Of a stretch of DNA of 64,000 bases, positions 59,484 through 64,000 are shown piece after piece. Every line of letters begins with the position of its first letter. Position 1 is the stretch's first letter. A program made the translations under genes and the position numbers. Source of the DNA: Acidobacteriota bacterium (GTDB lineage: Bacteria; Acidobacteriota; UBA6911); NCBI GenBank assembly GCA_963664705.1, contig OY761556.1:5728001-5792000 (forward strand). Reading direction: 5' to 3'. The notes beneath the pieces are model-generated. The model ran no database searches and had not been told where the DNA came from. It worked only from the letters and a program-made list of their open reading frames with translations.

Positions 59484-60210
59484 CATGTCTGATTTCAGCA
59501 AGTCGCGGTGGTCGGATAACAGTTACTCCCAAGAGTATCGCGAGCACGCAGACGGTTACATTCCGGAGCGACGAAATCTGATCGGTATCACGAAATCTCT
59601 TTATAGACACTTTGTCAGGGGAAATCAGCCACGTCGGATACTTGATCTTGGCTGCGGCGATGGCCTAATGGTGGAAGAGCTGCTCAAGATGGACGATAGC
59701 GTGGATGCCACGTTGGTGGATGGCTCGCACGAAATGCTCCAGGCTGCAGGCATTCGGCTGGCTCGATTTGAAAATGTGCATCGGATCCAAGCAAGCTTCC
59801 AGGATTTACTGGTGCAGGATCCATTGCCAAAAGCTTTCAGCTTTGTTTTGTCCTCTTTAGCAATTCATCACCTTGCTATGACGGAAAAGGAGGCGATGTT
59901 TGAATACATATATCGCCATCTTGATTCCGGAGGCTTTTTTCTAATCATTGATGTGGTCCTTGCGCCGACTGACGATTTGGAACAATGGAACATGGTGCTC
60001 TGGCGGGAGTGGATTGACACGTATATCGCCGGTTCACAAAAGGAAGCTCTTCTCAGCGTGCCGCGGAAGTATAAAGAAAACCTGGATAATACGCCAGACT
60101 CATTGATGATGCAGTTGCAGGCATTGGAGAAAATTGGTTTTAGGAACGTGGATTGCTATTACAAGTACGGTGTTTTTGCGATGTTTGGCGGAAGCAAAGC
60201 AGAAGAGTGA
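59484..60210 (+). CDS. Class I SAM-dependent methyltransferase
   Basis: ILDLGCGDG, SSLAIHH. Confidence 0.88.
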
Positions 60211-60491
60211 AGCTCTTTCATATTGTTGAATCTCACACTGCCAACAGGTGGCGGCCGAATTAGTATCCGGGGCGATGCACTCCGGTGAAGCTCCAAAAAT
60301 ATTCGCCAATTATAAGATTCTGAAATATGAAGAGCCGGTGGAACGTGGAGACTGGGCGAACCGGAAAACGCAGCCGTTGATCCGGCTGGTGGCGACGCAC
60401 TGAAAAGCCCGGATAATCACTTCAGGGCGCGTCCGGTTGCTTGGAATGAACTGGCCGATTTCTCATCATTTGTTCGCTACATCTGGATGGC

Positions 60492-62249
60492 CTATGGAAT
60501 TCCGATGCGCTGCACCAGATCTTGGAATCGCGGATCCGACCTTAACGGATCAAACCATTCCCATGTCTTCAACAAGACCATGCGACCGTCGTGTTCTTTA
60601 TAAGATTTCTCAAGACATTTGATCGCGTTGTCGACATCGCCGAGTCGTGCGTAATTCCTGGCGCGGAAGAATTGCTGCTCGCCTTCGCGGCGTCCTCTTT
60701 TTGTTCCATCTACCGGGAGATCTCCCATGGCTCCGAGGTGCATATCCAAAGCCCAACGATAATAGCCGGCAACCCCTCCTTCCCGAAATTCACGCCGGGC
60801 TGCGGTCGCCCCACTGTTTGTGAATAGACCGGCCTTCTCATACTCCGCGATCATCTCTTCGATCCTGCCTTGCGCTTCATGTATACGAGCGAGAATGTAA
60901 TGCGTCCGCGGAAAGGCTGGGAAAAGATCGAGCGCTCGCGAGGCATAATCCATTGCCTGGGAATAATCTCTGATCCAATAACAAATCTCTTCTGCCACAC
61001 TAAGGTAAGCTAGATTGACTGGATCAAGTTCGATTGCACATCGCAACGCCTCCCGTGCTTTTTCGGTGTCCAGTTCCGTAGCAGCCAGGCATGCACGATA
61101 TAGCTGGATCAGAGCAGAGTTGGGTTGAAGACGCAGGGCCCGATCCAAAGCTTGCTCGGTTCCACGCCAATTCCAATCATGGAAGAGAAGTACCATTGCC
61201 GCCGCGCCATGCGCTTCGGCGAGTGTCTGGTCCAGAAGTAAAGCCCGTTCCGCCGCCTTCCCGGCCATGACGAGAAACTGTCGTTGCGTATCGACGCTGT
61301 AGTTATTGCCGGCCGGTATCCCGCGTACCCCATATGCCCAGGCAAGGGCAGAATGAACCTCGGCGAACAGGGGATCTCCGGCGATAGCCTGTTCGAAACA
61401 GCTGATCGCCCTGTCAACATCCGGCGGGGTGAATTTATTCAGAAAATACGTGCCCTTCAAGTAAGCTTCGAGGACTGGTGGTGCGACGCGATAATTCTTA
61501 TCGAGTCTCTTCGTTTCCTCCGGCGTGACGACGGCGTGAATCTCGCGGGCAATCCCTTGGGCGAGTTCGGAATGCAGCGCAAGAACATCTCCAAGGTCAC
61601 GATCGTAGATTTCAGCCCAAAGATGCTCGTCTGTGGCCGCATAAACCAGCTGCGCGCTGACGCGTACGCGCTCATTCGCCACTAGCACTGTCCCTTCAAC
61701 AACTGCGTCCACTCTCAACTCTCGGGCAATCTGAGGCGCCTTTTTCGCCGAATGCTTGTAGGTCATCGCCGATGTTCTCGAGATCACCTTGAGGGCGCCA
61801 ATCTTGGCAAGAGCGGAAATCAGCGATTCCGTCATCCCATCGGCAAAATATTCTAGCTGGGGATCCCCCGTAATGTTGGTGAGCGGAAGAACCGCCAGGG
61901 AGCGAATCGCCCGCGAAGAGGCCGCTGAAGCTTCTACGCGCTCGACCGGTGCAACCAGCCGATACCCCCATCCCCGGAGTGCGGCGACATACCGGGGATT
62001 CTCGCTCGGGTCGCCAAGCGCTTCCCTCAGAACGCGGACGCGCTGTGATAAAGCTTCATCATTGACGAATTCATCCGGCCAGACGGTCTCGAGGAGTTCC
62101 TGACGGCTTACAAAATTGGGAGCGCGCTGCGCCAGTGCCGACAGCAGACGAAAAGTACGCGGCGACAGGTTTAGAGTTTTGTCGTCGCGGGCGACACTCC
62201 CATTATTAGTATCGACGGTCAAGTCGCCAATTTGATATCGTTCGCCCAT
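60492..62249 (-). CDS. wHTH-TolB-like-TPR transcriptional regulator
   Basis: YVAALRGWGYRL; SLAVLPL; TPR repeats; paralogue of 52590-54398. Confidence 0.9.
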   Translation of the reverse strand: MGERYQIGDLTVDTNNGSVARDDKTLNLSPRTFRLLSALAQRAPNFVSRQELLETVWPDEFVNDEALSQRVRVLREALGDPSENPRYVAALRGWGYRLVAPVERVEASAASSRAIRSLAVLPLTNITGDPQLEYFADGMTESLISALAKIGALKVISRTSAMTYKHSAKKAPQIARELRVDAVVEGTVLVANERVRVSAQLVYAATDEHLWAEIYDRDLGDVLALHSELAQGIAREIHAVVTPEETKRLDKNYRVAPPVLEAYLKGTYFLNKFTPPDVDRAISCFEQAIAGDPLFAEVHSALAWAYGVRGIPAGNNYSVDTQRQFLVMAGKAAERALLLDQTLAEAHGAAAMVLLFHDWNWRGTEQALDRALRLQPNSALIQLYRACLAATELDTEKAREALRCAIELDPVNLAYLSVAEEICYWIRDYSQAMDYASRALDLFPAFPRTHYILARIHEAQGRIEEMIAEYEKAGLFTNSGATAARREFREGGVAGYYRWALDMHLGAMGDLPVDGTKRGRREGEQQFFRARNYARLGDVDNAIKCLEKSYKEHDGRMVLLKTWEWFDPLRSDPRFQDLVQRIGIP

Positions 62250-62307
62250 AGCCGGCCTTTTCAAAACTTGAACAAGCGGTATTGGGGAATTCCTGCTCTC
62301 AATAAAG

Positions 62308-62336
62308 CATCATTGAATCATCATCGAAACGTCATG
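62308..62336. promoter_or_regulatory. 11-bp-periodic direct-repeat operator, copy 2
   Basis: CATCATTGAATCATCATCGAAACGTCATG between the regulator and the divergent hydrolase. Confidence 0.7.
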
Positions 62337-62427
62337 TATCTCCGAGCAAAATATCGCATTGTTGATTGGTAAAGGAAGAGAAAAAAAGAGATTGCAAAAA
62401 GGTCAATCAAATCCATAGGAGAGACAT

Positions 62428-63367
62428 CATGCAGGAGTATCTGAAATGGATCCTGGCGTCTTTGGCAGTCCTGATAGCGGCTGTGGCCGTGTATCCGTTC
62501 CTCGTTCGCGATAGCGAGACCCTCGTATTGGATGATGTGGCGCGCGCATCGATGCCAAATGAATCCTTCGCGAAGCTGTCGGACGGGTACACCCATTACC
62601 AATGTGGTGGCCCCAAGGACGGCCCTACCGTCGTACTGATCCATGGCGCTGCAACACCCCTATTTATTTGGGATTATCAGTTCGGCGCGCTGGCGCAGGC
62701 TGGCTTTCATGTCCTCCGTTATGACCTCTTCGGACGAGGTTTATCGGATCGTCCAAGCGCGTACACGGCGGACCTTTACGATCGGCAATTACTGGAATTG
62801 CTCGATTCGCAGGGCATCACAACGCCCGTGGATTTGGCTGGATTATCGTTGGGTGGCGTGGTCACGATACAGTTCATCGATCGTCATCCTGAGCGCGTAA
62901 GGAAATTCGCGCTCTTTGGCGTAGGCTTCTTTAAGGGATATCCGCTGTCCATGCGAATTCTCAGTTTGCCCGTCATAGGCGAGTGGCTGATAAAGGGCTT
63001 TGGGGAGAGAGCGATGAAATCAAATGTTTCAAGCCTGATGAGCAATCCCGAAAAAGCACGGGAATATATGCAGAAAATGTCACAGCAAATGAGATATAAA
63101 GGATTCAAAAAAGCGCTCCTGGCAATATTACGGGACAACTCGCTGGGAGATTTGAGGCCGGCCTACGAACGCGTTGGCAAGAGCGGCAAGCCGGGCATAC
63201 TGTTCATGGGTACTGAGGATCACCTGGCGTCATTTGCACAGCACACTCAGTTGCAGGCGGTCATTCCGTCTCTTGAATTTCACGCCGTTGAAGGTGCCGG
63301 CCATGACGCGGTTTTTGAGGCGCCCGAGGCGGTGAATCCGCCGCTAATCGAATTTCTGAAACGCTGA
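62428..63367 (+). CDS. Alpha/beta hydrolase, close paralogue of 58436-59368
   Basis: AGGAG RBS; long identical stretches; GLSLGG. Confidence 0.9.
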
Positions 63368-63481
63368 TCTTGATCCTTATCCTATTGATTGCGCGAGCCC
63401 GCGGGAAAATCCCTAAAGAAAACGCAAAAAGCCGACGTAATAGCTCTCATAAACCAATCGATTCGGAAGGGGAGATCAGCT

Positions 63482-63880
63482 ATGTGGATTGAGGCAGCTT
63501 GTTTCGGGTCTTATGTTCTTGCTGCGACGGTAGGACTCATTAGATTTTCGCGTCTCAGGAATTTTCTGGCACAAACTCCGTGCATTTTGAACGAGTCTCG
63601 TATCGCGCAATATAGAAAACTTACTCGAAATCAGATCGGCCTTCTATATACCGGGACTGCATTTCTGCTGGCTGGAATATTGACAGGCGCCGTTACAATG
63701 ATACGACATGGCGTCAGCGGACTTATCGCCATGGTCCTGGTAAACGGGATGGTACTGGGAATAGGATTTCGGCTGCGGAGCCTCGAAAAGAAGGTGCGCG
63801 GCATACCGTCCGGATCAGATAGCCTAAGCGTGGAATACCAGCGTGTTACTGAGACTTGGGCAAAAAATATGCTCTCCTAA
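63482..63880 (+). CDS. Hypothetical membrane protein
   Basis: GGGGAG RBS; three hydrophobic segments. Confidence 0.6.
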   Translation: MWIEAACFGSYVLAATVGLIRFSRLRNFLAQTPCILNESRIAQYRKLTRNQIGLLYTGTAFLLAGILTGAVTMIRHGVSGLIAMVLVNGMVLGIGFRLRSLEKKVRGIPSGSDSLSVEYQRVTETWAKNMLS

Positions 63881-63947
63881 CATTTCGAAAAGATCACTGC
63901 TTGCCGGCTATTGCTTTTAAAAAAAGGCAACAAAATATCTGTGGCTG

Positions 63948-63975
63948 TAGTGAACAGCAGTGAACAGTAGTGAAA
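63948..63975. repeat. 10-bp tandem repeat (AGTGAACAG x2 plus a partial copy), possible operator
   Basis: TAGTGAACAGCAGTGAACAGTAGTGAAA. Confidence 0.5.
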
Positions 63976-64000
63976 CAACAAAATGCGTCAATAGCCAGTT

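Overview
Accessory region from a bacterium that is probably an Acidobacteriota member (inferred from the ECF-sigma/Ser-Thr-kinase pair, the wHTH-TolB-TPR regulators and the large secreted propeller protein). About 1-33 kb is a tandem stack of integrative elements separated by three copies of the 3' half of tRNA-Ala(GGC). Elements B, C and D each carry their own pair of arm-type repeats; only the right end of A is in the window. Element A carries an unusual divergent four-gene module: a TyrRS/TrpRS-like+HD fusion and a TIM-barrel-like protein on one strand, and a tandem-GAF histidine kinase and a REC-metallo-beta-lactamase fusion on the other. Element B is a decayed island with a Fic gene. Element C is a 9.6-kb capsid-less, phage-satellite-like element with an iteron origin, NrdR-like boxes and an array of small exported cargo genes. 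Element D has a group II intron, itself disrupted by an IS3, inserted into its arm repeat. The rest of the window holds a relic of a second satellite, an anaerobic metabolism block (orphan glycyl-radical enzyme and two Tat-linked AOR-family oxidoreductase modules) and repeated wHTH-TPR regulator/alpha-beta-hydrolase modules with a shared operator. All protein assignments come from motif recognition by eye; no database searches were run.
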